Origin: a bacterium
GTDB taxonomy: Bacteria > Patescibacteriota > Minisyncoccia > UBA6257 > JAGOQP01
Direction: 5' to 3'
DNA length: 64,000 nucleotides
Assembly (NCBI GenBank): GCA_021814695.1
Contig: JAKAHY010000003.1
Span: 20,692-84,691, forward strand
The notes under the pieces were generated by a model. That model saw only the letters and a list, made by a program, of their open reading frames with translations. It made no database searches and had not been told where the DNA came from. How positions within the stretch are numbered: position 1 is the first letter of the stretch; each line of letters begins with the position of its first letter. Shown here piece after piece: positions 10,054-20,178 of this stretch. The translations under genes were made by a program, and so were the position numbers.

Positions 10054-10141
10054 GTGCGGGAGAAAGCGTGTGTGGGGTAAAACCCACCGAGAGTTCGAAT
10101 CTCTCACCCTCCGCCATGTACGGGAGAAAGCGCGTGTCCCG
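10054..10141 (+). repeat. tRNA-like fragments: a ~60-nt acceptor/T-arm minihelix (…GAGAGUUCGAAUCUCUCACCCUCCGCCA) and a truncated second copy of its 5' 25 nt (10117-10141)
   Basis: Similarity to the tRNA-Ser 3' half (GAGTTCGAATCTC…CCTCCGC). Direct repeat TGTGCGGGAGAAAGCGTGTGTGGGG / TGTACGGGAGAAAGCGCGTGTCCCG. Confidence 0.6.
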
Positions 10142-10156
10142 ATAAATTAAAATTGA

Positions 10157-10186
10157 GAATCCCTGCCTACCGGTAGGCAGGGATTC
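10157..10186. repeat. Perfect 30-nt palindrome GAATCCCTGCCTACCGGTAGGCAGGGATTC
   Basis: Direct reading. It lies at the distal end of the tRNA-fragment cluster. Confidence 0.8.
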
Positions 10187-10267
10187 TAAGGAGGAGCGAA
10201 GCGACCACGTGAGATTCCCTCATCTTACTCATGTGATTTTTTATTTCAAAATATTTAATGTTATAAT

Positions 10268-10597
10268 TTGCACATGGAATACAATAACATTACAACGGTA
10301 CTTGAGTTGCCGGGTAAAAAAATAGTTAAAAACTTCGGTTTAGTGAAGGGGATTACGGTGAGGTCAAGGTCAATTTTCGGAACGCTCGGGGGCGCGCTAC
10401 ATACTCTTGTCGGCGGAAATATTACTTTATTCACCAATCTGTGCGAAAAAACACGCCAGGAGTCTTTTGAGCTGATGGTTAAACACGCGGAGGAAATGGG
10501 AGCCAATGCGATTGTCGGAGTGCGTTACGACGCTAATGACGTTATGTCGGGAGTAACCGAAGTGCTTTGTTACGGAACGGCAGTTTTGGTTGAGTAA
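10268..10597 (+). CDS. YbjQ / UPF0145 (DUF74) family protein
   Basis: SIFGTLGGA...ESFELMVKHAEEMGANAIVGVRYD...GTAVLV matches the YbjQ family pattern. Confidence 0.75.
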   Translation: MHMEYNNITTVLELPGKKIVKNFGLVKGITVRSRSIFGTLGGALHTLVGGNITLFTNLCEKTRQESFELMVKHAEEMGANAIVGVRYDANDVMSGVTEVLCYGTAVLVE

Positions 10598-10731
10598 AAA
10601 ATTTAGCTTCCAAGAAATACCAAGAAGCCGGGAGTTTTTGATAAGAATAAAATAGCAACATTATAATTATATAGTTTCCTGCAGATAAAAACCGCTTTAA
10701 GCAAGGCGGTTTTTCTGGTAAGATAAATCCA

Positions 10732-11307
10732 ATGAAGAAAGAGAAATCGATTTTTATTAAGATACTTTTAATGGCGTTAGGCGTGTTTTTAATTGCGGGA
10801 GCGATGATATTTCTTAATATATTATCGGAAAATTACGTCACAACAATTCGCGATCTTCCCATGTATCTTGCTAATTATTTGTGGTTTTCTAAATCTTCGT
10901 CTCCACTTGAAATAATCAAGATGTCGGTTGATTCGCCCAATTCGCCTAATTTGACATATCCCTTTTCCGACACAAACATCAAAGTTGAATTGAAAAGTAA
11001 TACTTATGCATTTGTGAATGAATATTATTTTCAATTTTATCTGGACGGCGCTTATTATATGGATGGCGAAGGAATGCTCTCTCTTGCTCATGGCGATACA
11101 TATGAAGTGCCGCCTTCAACATTTGAGGCTGTTATTAGTAATATAGCCGAAGCTTGCAAATTCTCCGGCTTAAACGCTGGACAGCATAATCTTCTTTTAA
11201 AAGTCACTACGGACAAAAAAATATCATTAATGACGGATATGTCAGGGCCTACAGTTAGTGAAAAATCAATTCAATTCAATCTTGATAGCTCTTGTCAAAA
11301 AAAGTAG
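10732..11307 (+). CDS. Hypothetical membrane-anchored protein (191 aa)
   Basis: N-terminal TM helix, no recognisable domain. Confidence 0.45.
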   Translation: MKKEKSIFIKILLMALGVFLIAGAMIFLNILSENYVTTIRDLPMYLANYLWFSKSSSPLEIIKMSVDSPNSPNLTYPFSDTNIKVELKSNTYAFVNEYYFQFYLDGAYYMDGEGMLSLAHGDTYEVPPSTFEAVISNIAEACKFSGLNAGQHNLLLKVTTDKKISLMTDMSGPTVSEKSIQFNLDSSCQKK

Positions 11308-11333
11308 CATAAATAAGATTCACGTTTTGTAAT

Positions 11334-12029
11334 ATGTCTTTCGAAAAACCAAAACCAATACCCGAAGAAAACGAACTCCCTCTTAAGATTTCTAAATCAG
11401 AAGCATCTGCTCACCAAGGCAGGGAATCGGCTTTGACCGATATTAAACTTGAAGGCAAGGACCAAGCCTTTGCTTTAAAGGAGGTAAAGAAAGAAGAGTT
11501 TGCATCCATTGAGGAAATGAAAAAGAGCAAGGATTTTTACGACCATCTTAAAAGAATGCCGGGATTGGGAAAATTTGTTTTAAACACCAGTTTTTTCAGC
11601 GCGCGGGAAACCGCTCAGGAAAATCCTCACGCTTACAGAATCCAAAAACTTGTAGAGGGTAAAAGATTGGACGAGCTGAAAGACGAAGAGCTCTATTCCG
11701 ATCCGGAGCTTACAAAGCAGTTGCTTGATTTTGTTGACTCCGCCATCGAATCTCTTAAGAAAGCGAACGAAAGCAAAGAGGGCAGCCCCGATTTTTACGG
11801 GGACAAATTGGCGGCGATTTATCTGTACAATCCCAGATACAGCGGAAACATAATTATTGCCGATAAACCGGATGAAAATGGAAGAAGGATATTTTTAGTG
11901 GATACCAGCCGGCAAGTTCAGCAGGCGAGCAAAATAGGCGGTCTGTATCAAAAACACGTAGGAAGCCAACTGCAGATTATTCAGCTCGAGAGGTGGAAGA
12001 AAAAAATAGAAGAACGCCTGGCTAAATAA
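11334..12029 (+). CDS. Hypothetical protein (231 aa)
   Basis: ORF with plausible spacing. No confident family. Confidence 0.45.
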   Translation: MSFEKPKPIPEENELPLKISKSEASAHQGRESALTDIKLEGKDQAFALKEVKKEEFASIEEMKKSKDFYDHLKRMPGLGKFVLNTSFFSARETAQENPHAYRIQKLVEGKRLDELKDEELYSDPELTKQLLDFVDSAIESLKKANESKEGSPDFYGDKLAAIYLYNPRYSGNIIIADKPDENGRRIFLVDTSRQVQQASKIGGLYQKHVGSQLQIIQLERWKKKIEERLAK

Positions 12030-12054
12030 GAATTCGAACCGGCTACGTTGCGTA

Positions 12055-13380
12055 TTAGCCGCCGATTACAACTTTGGAAATTCCGAATATATTCCTGACC
12101 GAATAGTGGTCGGAAAAACTTATATCTTTTCCATTTGCGATATACGGGTCGCGCATAAGATATTTTCCTCTACTGCCACTGACCAGAACGACAAAATGGG
12201 TTCCTCCATAAGCCTTAAGCCCGATAACGACAGGGTTGCCGGTTGAAAGCGTTGAATCGATTGCGGCGGTTTTACGCGTCACACTCACGCCGTCGACGTT
12301 GATGGTATACAAAAGATATGCCGGATAATAGACGGCAAAATTATCCGGATTGGAATTTATCGTCACGGGAGTAACGTCCCGATAATTATAGTGAGTCATT
12401 ATCATCGCCATAGATGTAACCAGACATCCGTCGCTGGCAAGATTAAATTGCGTTCCGTTGAGAGCGTTGCTGCCCCAAGCCATATCCCGCTGATTGTAAT
12501 AGCAGCCCCAAGCATCGCAGACGGTTTGATTGGGGAGTAGTTTTGAACCGCCGGCATTTTTGACGAAATCCGAAAAACTTTTTACCTGAGCTTCTGCGGC
12601 GGCGAGTAATTTTTGGTAATTCGATTCCTGAGCCTTTGTGTCGGCAAGCAACTGGTTTTTGGATTGGACTGTTGCGGCCAGAGATTTTTGCTGAAGCGCC
12701 AGAGATTTATTTTGCGCCGTAAGTGTGGCCTGTTTTTCCCTGGATGCAGCCTGAGAATTGGTCAGATCAACTTTCTGCGCTTTGAGGGAGCTGATATTGT
12801 CTTGGATGTCGTTTTCCAGCTGGATGTTGGCGTTGATGTCGTCCCAAATCTGGGAAATGGTATCGGATGATAACATTTGCATAAGTAACGATTGCCCGTC
12901 GGCTATTTGAAGGTTTCTCAAATATGCCCCAAGCGTTGTTCTGTTTGTGGCGATTGTTTTTTCCGTATCCACTATTTTCCCTCCCAACTGTTTAATTTGC
13001 AGTTGAGTCGTGTTTATCTGGCGTTGAGTCACCGATATCTGTGCCTCCACTTTTTTTCGCTGCAAGTCGAGAGTGTTAATTGCGGCCTGAAGCGTTTTTT
13101 TATCCGCTCCTATCTGCTGAAGTTTTACCTGATATTGTGCAATTTGCAGATTTAGGGTGGCTATCTGCTGATTATCGGCATCAATTTGAGCCTGAAGAGA
13201 GTTTGAATCCGGCGTCGCTGTTGTGGTTGCTGCCTGAACTGCCATCGATCCCCAAACGATAATGACATAAATAAAAACGGCAGTAAAAAGCGTGGCGAAT
13301 GTTATTTTGCGTGTTATGTGTGAATTCATCAGAGTTAAACCTATTCTATTCATTTTTCCCGATATTGGATGCTTCGTCAA
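12055..13380 (-). CDS. PcsB-like secreted coiled-coil protein with a C-terminal papain-like (C39-like/CHAP-like) peptidase domain. Putative cell-wall hydrolase
   Basis: N-terminal TM/signal, ~200 aa of Q/L-rich heptads, and a C-terminal Cys...His pair (GCLVTSMAMIMTHY ... GGTHFVVLVSG). Confidence 0.6.
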   Translation of the reverse strand: MTKHPISGKMNRIGLTLMNSHITRKITFATLFTAVFIYVIIVWGSMAVQAATTTATPDSNSLQAQIDADNQQIATLNLQIAQYQVKLQQIGADKKTLQAAINTLDLQRKKVEAQISVTQRQINTTQLQIKQLGGKIVDTEKTIATNRTTLGAYLRNLQIADGQSLLMQMLSSDTISQIWDDINANIQLENDIQDNISSLKAQKVDLTNSQAASREKQATLTAQNKSLALQQKSLAATVQSKNQLLADTKAQESNYQKLLAAAEAQVKSFSDFVKNAGGSKLLPNQTVCDAWGCYYNQRDMAWGSNALNGTQFNLASDGCLVTSMAMIMTHYNYRDVTPVTINSNPDNFAVYYPAYLLYTINVDGVSVTRKTAAIDSTLSTGNPVVIGLKAYGGTHFVVLVSGSRGKYLMRDPYIANGKDISFSDHYSVRNIFGISKVVIGG

Positions 13381-13493
13381 ATGCTGTTTATTTATTTGAT
13401 TTTATTATTTGCACCAAAAACATAAAACCGCACGTATTATTACCTGTAGGGTTAGAAAAGCCATCTAACTCAAATAATTAATAATAAAAAATT

Positions 13494-14342
13494 ATGTTAA
13501 GAAAAAATTACGTTTCTTTGTTGGCAATATTAGGCGTAGCAATCGTTGTAGTTTTAATCGCGCCGATGGTGGCCCAAACTATGGGACTGGCAATGGGAAT
13601 TGCCTCGGTTACTCCGGTATTTGCCGAGACGACAAGTGCCAACAGCAATGTGCCTGTAGGACATTTTTATCGGGGAGAGGGTTCCGATAGGGAAAACGGA
13701 GCCAATATGAGACCCGCGGTCTTTGGAACGGTCTCGGCGGTAAATGGAAACATGATTACCGTTACCAGTAAGCTCAGATTTAGACGTAGCGGCAATAATG
13801 CCACGACCACCGCCGCCACTACTGCGACCTATACGGTTGATGCGAGCAAGGCTACCGTTACAAAAAACGGAGCAAGCTCATCGGTCGCAAATATTGCGGT
13901 CGGAGACATGATCATGGTTCAGGGAACCGTTAGCGGAACAAATGTTACCGCAACGGCAATCAGAGATAATGTTGTCCAGCGGGATTTTCAAAGAACGCAG
14001 CCAAACCCGATAATTCAGGGAAATGGCCAGCCGATAGTCAGCGGTAGCGTGACTGCGATCAACGGTAATACCATTACTATTACCAATAAGAGCAATGTCA
14101 CTTACACTATTGATGCTTCCGGCGCCACGGTTCAGAGCGGAAACTCAACCTCGACTCTTTCAAGCATAGTTACCGGCGATAATGTGATTGTCCAGGGTGC
14201 CGTAAACGGAACTTCGGTGACTGCGTCCTCAATTATCGTTCAGGGAAAGCCCGCCAATACGGCGTCTGAAGATTCATCCAGACCTCGATTGGGATTTCTT
14301 GGGGGAATATTCGGATTCTTCCAGCATTTATTTGGATTTTAA
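13494..14342 (+). CDS. Secreted protein with two tandem DUF5666-like beta domains
   Basis: Signal/TM, internal ~70-aa duplication (…INGNTITITNKSNVTYTIDASGATV…), Thr/Ala-rich. Confidence 0.6.
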   Translation: MLRKNYVSLLAILGVAIVVVLIAPMVAQTMGLAMGIASVTPVFAETTSANSNVPVGHFYRGEGSDRENGANMRPAVFGTVSAVNGNMITVTSKLRFRRSGNNATTTAATTATYTVDASKATVTKNGASSSVANIAVGDMIMVQGTVSGTNVTATAIRDNVVQRDFQRTQPNPIIQGNGQPIVSGSVTAINGNTITITNKSNVTYTIDASGATVQSGNSTSTLSSIVTGDNVIVQGAVNGTSVTASSIIVQGKPANTASEDSSRPRLGFLGGIFGFFQHLFGF

Positions 14343-14472
14343 TCATTGAAATTAATTGGATGTCAAAAACAGAAGGATTGTCGCCCTTCTGTTTTTTGCG
14401 GAAAGATAGGTCCCATTCTTTTCTGGTATAATTATTGACAGGAAAGGATAAAAACAAGTATCGTGCCAACCT

Positions 14473-15018
14473 ATGCAATCTGATGAGCAATTAGTCGGCT
14501 TATATCTGAAAGGGGAGGAACACTCGCTTGAGATTTTGATAGGCAGGCATGCCGGCCATGTTTTTAATTTTATACATCAGTACGTAAAGAACTCCGACCA
14601 AGCCGAGGATTTGACTCAGGAAACTTTCGTAAAGATTTGGAAAAACATAAAAAAGTTTGACGTTAAAAAAAGTTTTCGGATCTGGATGTTTCAGATTGCC
14701 CGCAACACGACCATAGATTTTTTAAGAAAGAAGAAGAACATAAATTTTTCCGAATTGGAAAAAAATGACGGGACCGAATTTGATGCCGTAGACGAATCCT
14801 TAAACCCCGAAGAAATTTTGGAGAGGAAATCATCCGAAGAGGCCGTAACAGGAGCGTTGGAAAAAATTTCGGACAAACACCGTTCGGTAATTACTCTTTA
14901 CTATCGCGAAGGATTTAATTTGAGGGAAATATCCGAAATTATGGATCAACCGTTGGATACCATCAAAAGCCGTCATCGCAGGGCTTTAGGGGAGCTTAAA
15001 AGATTGTTGTCCAAATGA
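14473..15018 (+). CDS. ECF-type RNA polymerase sigma-70 factor
   Basis: Region 2 (DLTQETFVKIWKN..., FRIWMFQIARNTTIDFLRKK) and region 4 (LREISEIMDQPLDTIKSRHRRALGELKRLL). Confidence 0.88.
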   Translation: MQSDEQLVGLYLKGEEHSLEILIGRHAGHVFNFIHQYVKNSDQAEDLTQETFVKIWKNIKKFDVKKSFRIWMFQIARNTTIDFLRKKKNINFSELEKNDGTEFDAVDESLNPEEILERKSSEEAVTGALEKISDKHRSVITLYYREGFNLREISEIMDQPLDTIKSRHRRALGELKRLLSK

Positions 15019-15062
15019 CGAAAATGCACCAAAATTATAAGATAATGCGTATATAACAGCGT

Positions 15063-15500
15063 ATGGAAAAACGGGAAAAAATTGAAAATATTCTTTCCGG
15101 ATCATTGATTCAGTCCCCGGAAGGGCTTTCGGATAAAATTATTTTGGCAATCAGCATCCGAGCCAAAAGATCCGCAAGAATCAGAGCGTATGTTTTTTCC
15201 GCCACCTCGTTTGCGTCGGCGGTTTTGTTGTATCTTACGGGTAAGATGGCCGTCTCCGAATTGTACAGGAGCGGCACCTCTCAAGTTTTCTCTCTCGTAT
15301 TTTCCGATTTTCAAACGGTTGTGAGTAATTTAAGCTCGTTTGTCCTGACTATCGCCGAATCGTTGCCGGTTTTGCCGATAGTATATGCAATCTCGAGCGC
15401 CGTTGCTCTTTTTGTCCTGTCGGCTTTTGCGATAAACAATATTAAAAAAACGGAGTCGATCAAAATAAATTTTTATAAAAATGGATACAAACATGCTTAA
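15063..15500 (+). CDS. Putative membrane anti-sigma factor (145 aa)
   Basis: Position directly after the ECF sigma gene. Hydrophobic segments. Confidence 0.45.
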   Translation: MEKREKIENILSGSLIQSPEGLSDKIILAISIRAKRSARIRAYVFSATSFASAVLLYLTGKMAVSELYRSGTSQVFSLVFSDFQTVVSNLSSFVLTIAESLPVLPIVYAISSAVALFVLSAFAINNIKKTESIKINFYKNGYKHA

Positions 15501-15984
15501 GTCGAAATGGTTTAGGATAGCGGTCTGCTCGGCATTGGGGCTTATTGTCCTTTTGCTGGTTTTTTTGTTGGGCGCGTATATAGGCGAAAAGAAAGCCGAG
15601 TTCGGATACCAGTGGGGACAAAATTACGGAAGATTTTTTGGCGAACCCAGAGTGGGATTCTTCAATAACGCCACCGGGAGCAGCATGCAGGGTCCGCAAG
15701 GGCCGATGGGAATGAATGCCTTCGGTAATGGAGGAGTTGTGTTGAAAGTCGACGGTTCCACGATGGCGATAAAAGGTAATGACAATATAGAAAAAGTTGT
15801 CGCTATCGATGCTCAAACTCTTATCCGGGAAGGAAACACCGCCGTTTCTTTGAGTGATGTCGAGCCCGGGGACCAAGTTGTAGTTATCGGTTCTCCCAAT
15901 AACAGCGGACAGATAATTGCCAGATTTATTCGCGTGTTTGAACGCCAAACTCAGCCGACTCCGACAAGCACTATCAATAAATAA
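15481..15984 (+). CDS. Secreted DUF5666-like domain protein
   Basis: Signal/TM plus the domain VLKVDGSTMAIKGN...GDQVVVIGSPNNSGQIIARFI. Confidence 0.55.
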   Translation: MDTNMLKSKWFRIAVCSALGLIVLLLVFLLGAYIGEKKAEFGYQWGQNYGRFFGEPRVGFFNNATGSSMQGPQGPMGMNAFGNGGVVLKVDGSTMAIKGNDNIEKVVAIDAQTLIREGNTAVSLSDVEPGDQVVVIGSPNNSGQIIARFIRVFERQTQPTPTSTINK

Positions 15985-16006
15985 TTAAATTAATTTCAAT
16001 AAAAAA

Positions 16007-17752
16007 ATGAGCTGGATAAAAAGCACCGCCGGTCTGGTTTGGAGTAAGGCAATAGCGCATAAATTTATAGCATTTATCATTATCGTCGCTGTTGTCGGCG
16101 GAGGATACTACGAATACAAACATTTAACTGCGGGAACGGTGACGACTCAGTATGTTACTTCGGCCGCGGAGAAAGGAACTCTTGTTGTTTCTGTTTCGGG
16201 AAGCGGCCAGGTTTCGGCTTCCAATCAGACCAATATTCAGGCGCAGGTGTCGGGAATAGTTTCCAGCGTTCCGGTAACCGATAACCAGAAAGTTAAAGCC
16301 GGACAAATCCTTGTGATCTTGGATACGACAAATGACGAAAGGGCTGTCCGCAATGCGCAATCCAGTTTGGAAAATGCGCAACTGGCATTACAAACTCTTT
16401 TACAGCCGCCAAGTACGTCTACATTGCTTCAATCCCAGCAATCAGTGGTTCAATCCCAGCAGTCTCTTCAGAACGGACAAAATAGTCTAGCTTCGGATTA
16501 TACGAGCGCTTACGCCGACGTCTCGAATGTTTTTATTGACCTTTCCGGGGTCATGGCCGGACTGAATAATGTTTTGTACAGTACGAGCATTAACAAAATT
16601 CAGGCCAATGTTGACGCGTACACAAATCTGATAGCCGATATCAATGCCAATGCCACTCAATATCATGACAGCGCCATATCCGGATATCAGGCAGCCTATG
16701 CCGCATACAATCAGGCTTTGGCGGATTATAAAAACTCGAGTATAAACTCCAGCACTTCAACAATAGAATCTTTACTCTCCGAAACATACGGTACGCTCAA
16801 AATAGTTTCTACCGCCAACAGCAATGTCAAAAATTTGCTGGACTTGGTCAACACAACTTTGCAGCAGCAGGGGAATTTAAAAATTCCGGCTCAGTTGAAT
16901 GTGGACGAAACGAGCATGCAGTCTTATATCTCGACGACAAATAATCATCTCCAGACAATTTTACAGATTCAAAATTCTATTCAATCCGATAAGCAGGCGA
17001 TAACCATCGGACAAATTTCGGTAAAACAAACAGCCGCAGCTCTTGAACAGCTTCAGAGCGGACCGACTCAGCTTCAGATTCAAACTCAGAAATTGTCGGT
17101 GACTCAGGCGCAAAATGCGCTCTCGGACGCAAAAGAAAATCTTAACAACGATTATGTTAGGGCTCCTTTTGACGGAATTATTACCGACATAACCGCCCGC
17201 GTGGGACAGCCGGCAAGTGGTACTCTGGCGGTTCTTGTCAGCAATGCTCAGCTGGCTCAGGCGACCCTCAACGAAGTGGACGTGGTTAATGTTAAAGTCG
17301 GCCAGCAGGCGACCGTGACTTTTGATGCTCTTCCGGATATGACGCTTACGGGAAAAGTATCCGAAGTTGATACTATAGGCACCGTTGTCCAGGGAGTTGT
17401 GAGTTATAACGTTCAGGTAGCGTTGGACGTTTCGAATGATCAAGTCAGGCCGGGGATGAGTGATACTTTGGCGATAATTACCAATGTAAAACAGGATGTT
17501 CTGCTTGTTCCCAATGCCGCAATCAGCACCAAGAGTGACGCCTCATATGTCCAGGTTTTGGGCGCGGATGGATTGCCGACACAGGTGGAAGTAACGACCG
17601 GATTGGCAAACGATACCCAAACCGAAATTCTTTCGGGAATTAATGAGGGAGACAAAGTCGTAACCAGAACAATTACATCAACCGCAACGACCCCGACAAC
17701 GCAATCTTCGGGCGGGTTGGGCGGAATTAGAATTCCGGGAATCGGGCGATAA
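16007..17752 (+). CDS. HlyD/MacA-family periplasmic adaptor (membrane fusion protein), with long coiled-coil
   Basis: N-terminal TM, lipoyl/biotinyl-like motifs (VSGIVSSVPVTDNQKVKAGQILVILD; YVRAPFDGIITDITARVGQ). Confidence 0.82.
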   Translation: MSWIKSTAGLVWSKAIAHKFIAFIIIVAVVGGGYYEYKHLTAGTVTTQYVTSAAEKGTLVVSVSGSGQVSASNQTNIQAQVSGIVSSVPVTDNQKVKAGQILVILDTTNDERAVRNAQSSLENAQLALQTLLQPPSTSTLLQSQQSVVQSQQSLQNGQNSLASDYTSAYADVSNVFIDLSGVMAGLNNVLYSTSINKIQANVDAYTNLIADINANATQYHDSAISGYQAAYAAYNQALADYKNSSINSSTSTIESLLSETYGTLKIVSTANSNVKNLLDLVNTTLQQQGNLKIPAQLNVDETSMQSYISTTNNHLQTILQIQNSIQSDKQAITIGQISVKQTAAALEQLQSGPTQLQIQTQKLSVTQAQNALSDAKENLNNDYVRAPFDGIITDITARVGQPASGTLAVLVSNAQLAQATLNEVDVVNVKVGQQATVTFDALPDMTLTGKVSEVDTIGTVVQGVVSYNVQVALDVSNDQVRPGMSDTLAIITNVKQDVLLVPNAAISTKSDASYVQVLGADGLPTQVEVTTGLANDTQTEILSGINEGDKVVTRTITSTATTPTTQSSGGLGGIRIPGIGR

Positions 17753-17756
17753 AAAT

Positions 17757-18473
17757 ATGATTGAACTTAAAGGCGTAAATAAAGTTTATAAAACCGGAGA
17801 CGTAGAAACGTGGGCCTTAAAAGATATTTCATTCAAAGTGAATGACGGAGAATTTATTTCCATTATGGGGCCTTCGGGTTCGGGAAAATCAACGCTGATG
17901 CACATCATCGGAGCGTTGGATACTCCCACAAGCGGCGAGTATCTTCTGGACGGCAAGGATGTTTCCAAAATGGCCGACGACGAGTTGGCCGATATCCGAA
18001 ACGATAAAATCGGATTTGTTTTTCAGCAGTTTAATCTTTTACCAAGAATCACGGTTTTTCGTAACGTTATGCTTCCGCTTATATATGCCGGGACTCCAAA
18101 AGAAGCGCGCGAAGAATCGGCGCGTAAAGCTTTGATTTCGGCCGCGTTGCCGGAAAATTGGTGGACTCATCATTCCAACCAGCTTTCGGGAGGACAGATG
18201 CAACGTGTGGCTATTGCCAGAGCATTGGTCAATAATCCGACGATAATTTTAGCCGATGAGCCGACGGGAAATTTGGATTCCAAAACCGGAGAAATAGTTT
18301 TAGGCACATTTCAGAAACTTCACGAACAGGGGCGCACAATAGTTTTGATTACCCACGAACTTTATGTTGCCGAACACGCCGAGAGAATCATTCACATTGT
18401 TGACGGCCAGGTAAAATCCGACAGCAAGAGCCATCCCCGAAGAAAAATATCAATGAAAGATTACAAAGATTAA
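17757..18473 (+). CDS. ABC transporter ATP-binding protein (MacB/LolD type)
   Basis: [36 protein letters not shown]. Confidence 0.93.
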   Translation: MIELKGVNKVYKTGDVETWALKDISFKVNDGEFISIMGPSGSGKSTLMHIIGALDTPTSGEYLLDGKDVSKMADDELADIRNDKIGFVFQQFNLLPRITVFRNVMLPLIYAGTPKEAREESARKALISAALPENWWTHHSNQLSGGQMQRVAIARALVNNPTIILADEPTGNLDSKTGEIVLGTFQKLHEQGRTIVLITHELYVAEHAERIIHIVDGQVKSDSKSHPRRKISMKDYKD

Positions 18474-18482
18474 CACCCAAAT

Positions 18483-19706
18483 ATGGAAATATCGGAATTA
18501 TTACAAGAAGCATTTTCAGCCGTGACGCTCAATAAGGCGCGCTCGGGTTTGACGATTTTGGGTATAGTCATCGGAATCGGTTCGGTTATTGCCATGATCT
18601 CCATCGGCCAGGGGGCTCAGGGTTCCATTACTTCAAGTATTCAATCTATCGGCTCCAATCTTATTTTGATTACGCCCGGATTTCAGCGGACTCCCGGAAG
18701 CCAGGTGAGCGCCGGCCGCGGGAGTGCCGAAACTTTGCGTCAGGAAGACGCCGACGCCATCGCCAACCAGGTATCAATGATACAAGCAGTTGCTCCCGAA
18801 ATAACCCGTCGCTATCAGATTACGGCATTGGGTAAAAACACGAATACCTCCGTTGTCGGAACCGTTTCCAGTTATCCGGAAGTAAGAAACATTCAGATAG
18901 ATTTGGGAAATTTTATTACCGACCAAAACGTAAAGGACGGTTCCAAAGTGGCCGTGCTGGGTCCGACTACCCGGGACGATCTTTTCGGTACCGGCGTGGA
19001 CCCAACGGGAAAAACCATCCGTATTAATAATATAAATTTCCAGGTGGTCGGAGTTACCGTAGCTAAAGGTGGAAGCGGATTTGGGAGCCAGGATGATATG
19101 ATATTTGTTCCGATTTCAACGGCTCAAAGATATTTGGAAGGGGATACTTATGTAACCACAATCAGCGTCGAGGCGCAGGATGCGCAATCGATGACTCAAG
19201 TTCAGGATCAGATAACCAGCCTGCTTTTGGAAAGGCATCATATTTCCGATCCGACTCTGGCGGATTTTCAGGTATTAAACCAAACCGATATTCTTTCGAC
19301 GGCATCGACCATTACCAATACCTTCACTATTCTCTTGGCTTCAATTGCAGGAATTTCTTTGATTGTCGGAGGTATCGGAATCATGAATATGATGCTCACA
19401 ACCGTTACCGAGAGAACGCGTGAAATAGGATTAAGAAAAGCCATCGGCGCCAAGAAGCGGGATATCAGCACTCAGTTTCTGATAGAGTCGGTGATGCTGA
19501 CTTTCTTGGGTGGTATAGTGGGAATTATATTAGGCTGGATGCTTTCAATGCTGGTAACTTATTTTGCGGGTATTACCACGAGTATTTCCTGGTGGTCAAT
19601 TCTGCTGGCATTTGGAGTGTCGGCCGGAATCGGAATCGTATTCGGATATTATCCGGCCCGTCGTGCGGCCTCTCTTAATCCGATAGAAGCTTTGAGATAC
19701 GAATAA
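18483..19706 (+). CDS. ABC transporter permease, MacB/FtsX family
   Basis: MacB_PCD-like periplasmic domain plus a C-terminal FtsX 4-TM segment. Confidence 0.88.
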   Translation: MEISELLQEAFSAVTLNKARSGLTILGIVIGIGSVIAMISIGQGAQGSITSSIQSIGSNLILITPGFQRTPGSQVSAGRGSAETLRQEDADAIANQVSMIQAVAPEITRRYQITALGKNTNTSVVGTVSSYPEVRNIQIDLGNFITDQNVKDGSKVAVLGPTTRDDLFGTGVDPTGKTIRINNINFQVVGVTVAKGGSGFGSQDDMIFVPISTAQRYLEGDTYVTTISVEAQDAQSMTQVQDQITSLLLERHHISDPTLADFQVLNQTDILSTASTITNTFTILLASIAGISLIVGGIGIMNMMLTTVTERTREIGLRKAIGAKKRDISTQFLIESVMLTFLGGIVGIILGWMLSMLVTYFAGITTSISWWSILLAFGVSAGIGIVFGYYPARRAASLNPIEALRYE

Positions 19707-19734
19707 TAAATATAAAAACAACTAAAATAAAAAA

Positions 19735-20178
19735 ATGAATAACAAAAAAGATATGAAAAAAATGTTGCCAATGGCAATAGTGGCAGTCGTCGCTTTGGTA
19801 GCGGGATATTTTGCGGGCGCGCATTTCGGTTCGGGCACTCAGCCTTCGAGCACAAGAAATTTCGGCAATTATCAGCAAGCCGGAGGCGCTGCTGCCGGTA
19901 GAAGAGTCGGAGCAGTCGGTGCGGGTTTTGTCCGCGGAAACATCATTTCCAAAAACGATACCAGCATAACCATCCAACAGCCGGACGGAAGTTCCAAAAT
20001 AATATTATTTTCCGCTTCTACGCCGGTTATGAAATCGGTAACGGGAAGCTCCACTGATCTATCCACGGGACAGGAAGCAACAGTCATCGGAACGACAAAT
20101 TCCGACGGCAGTGTAACGGCGCAATCGATTCAATTGGGACAACAAAGGCCGCAAATTCAAACTCAAACAAATCAATGA
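19735..20178 (+). CDS. Secreted DUF5666-like domain protein
   Basis: Signal/TM plus VRGNIISKNDTSITIQQPDGSS...GQEATVIGTTNSDGSVTAQSI. Confidence 0.55.
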   Translation: MNNKKDMKKMLPMAIVAVVALVAGYFAGAHFGSGTQPSSTRNFGNYQQAGGAAAGRRVGAVGAGFVRGNIISKNDTSITIQQPDGSSKIILFSASTPVMKSVTGSSTDLSTGQEATVIGTTNSDGSVTAQSIQLGQQRPQIQTQTNQ

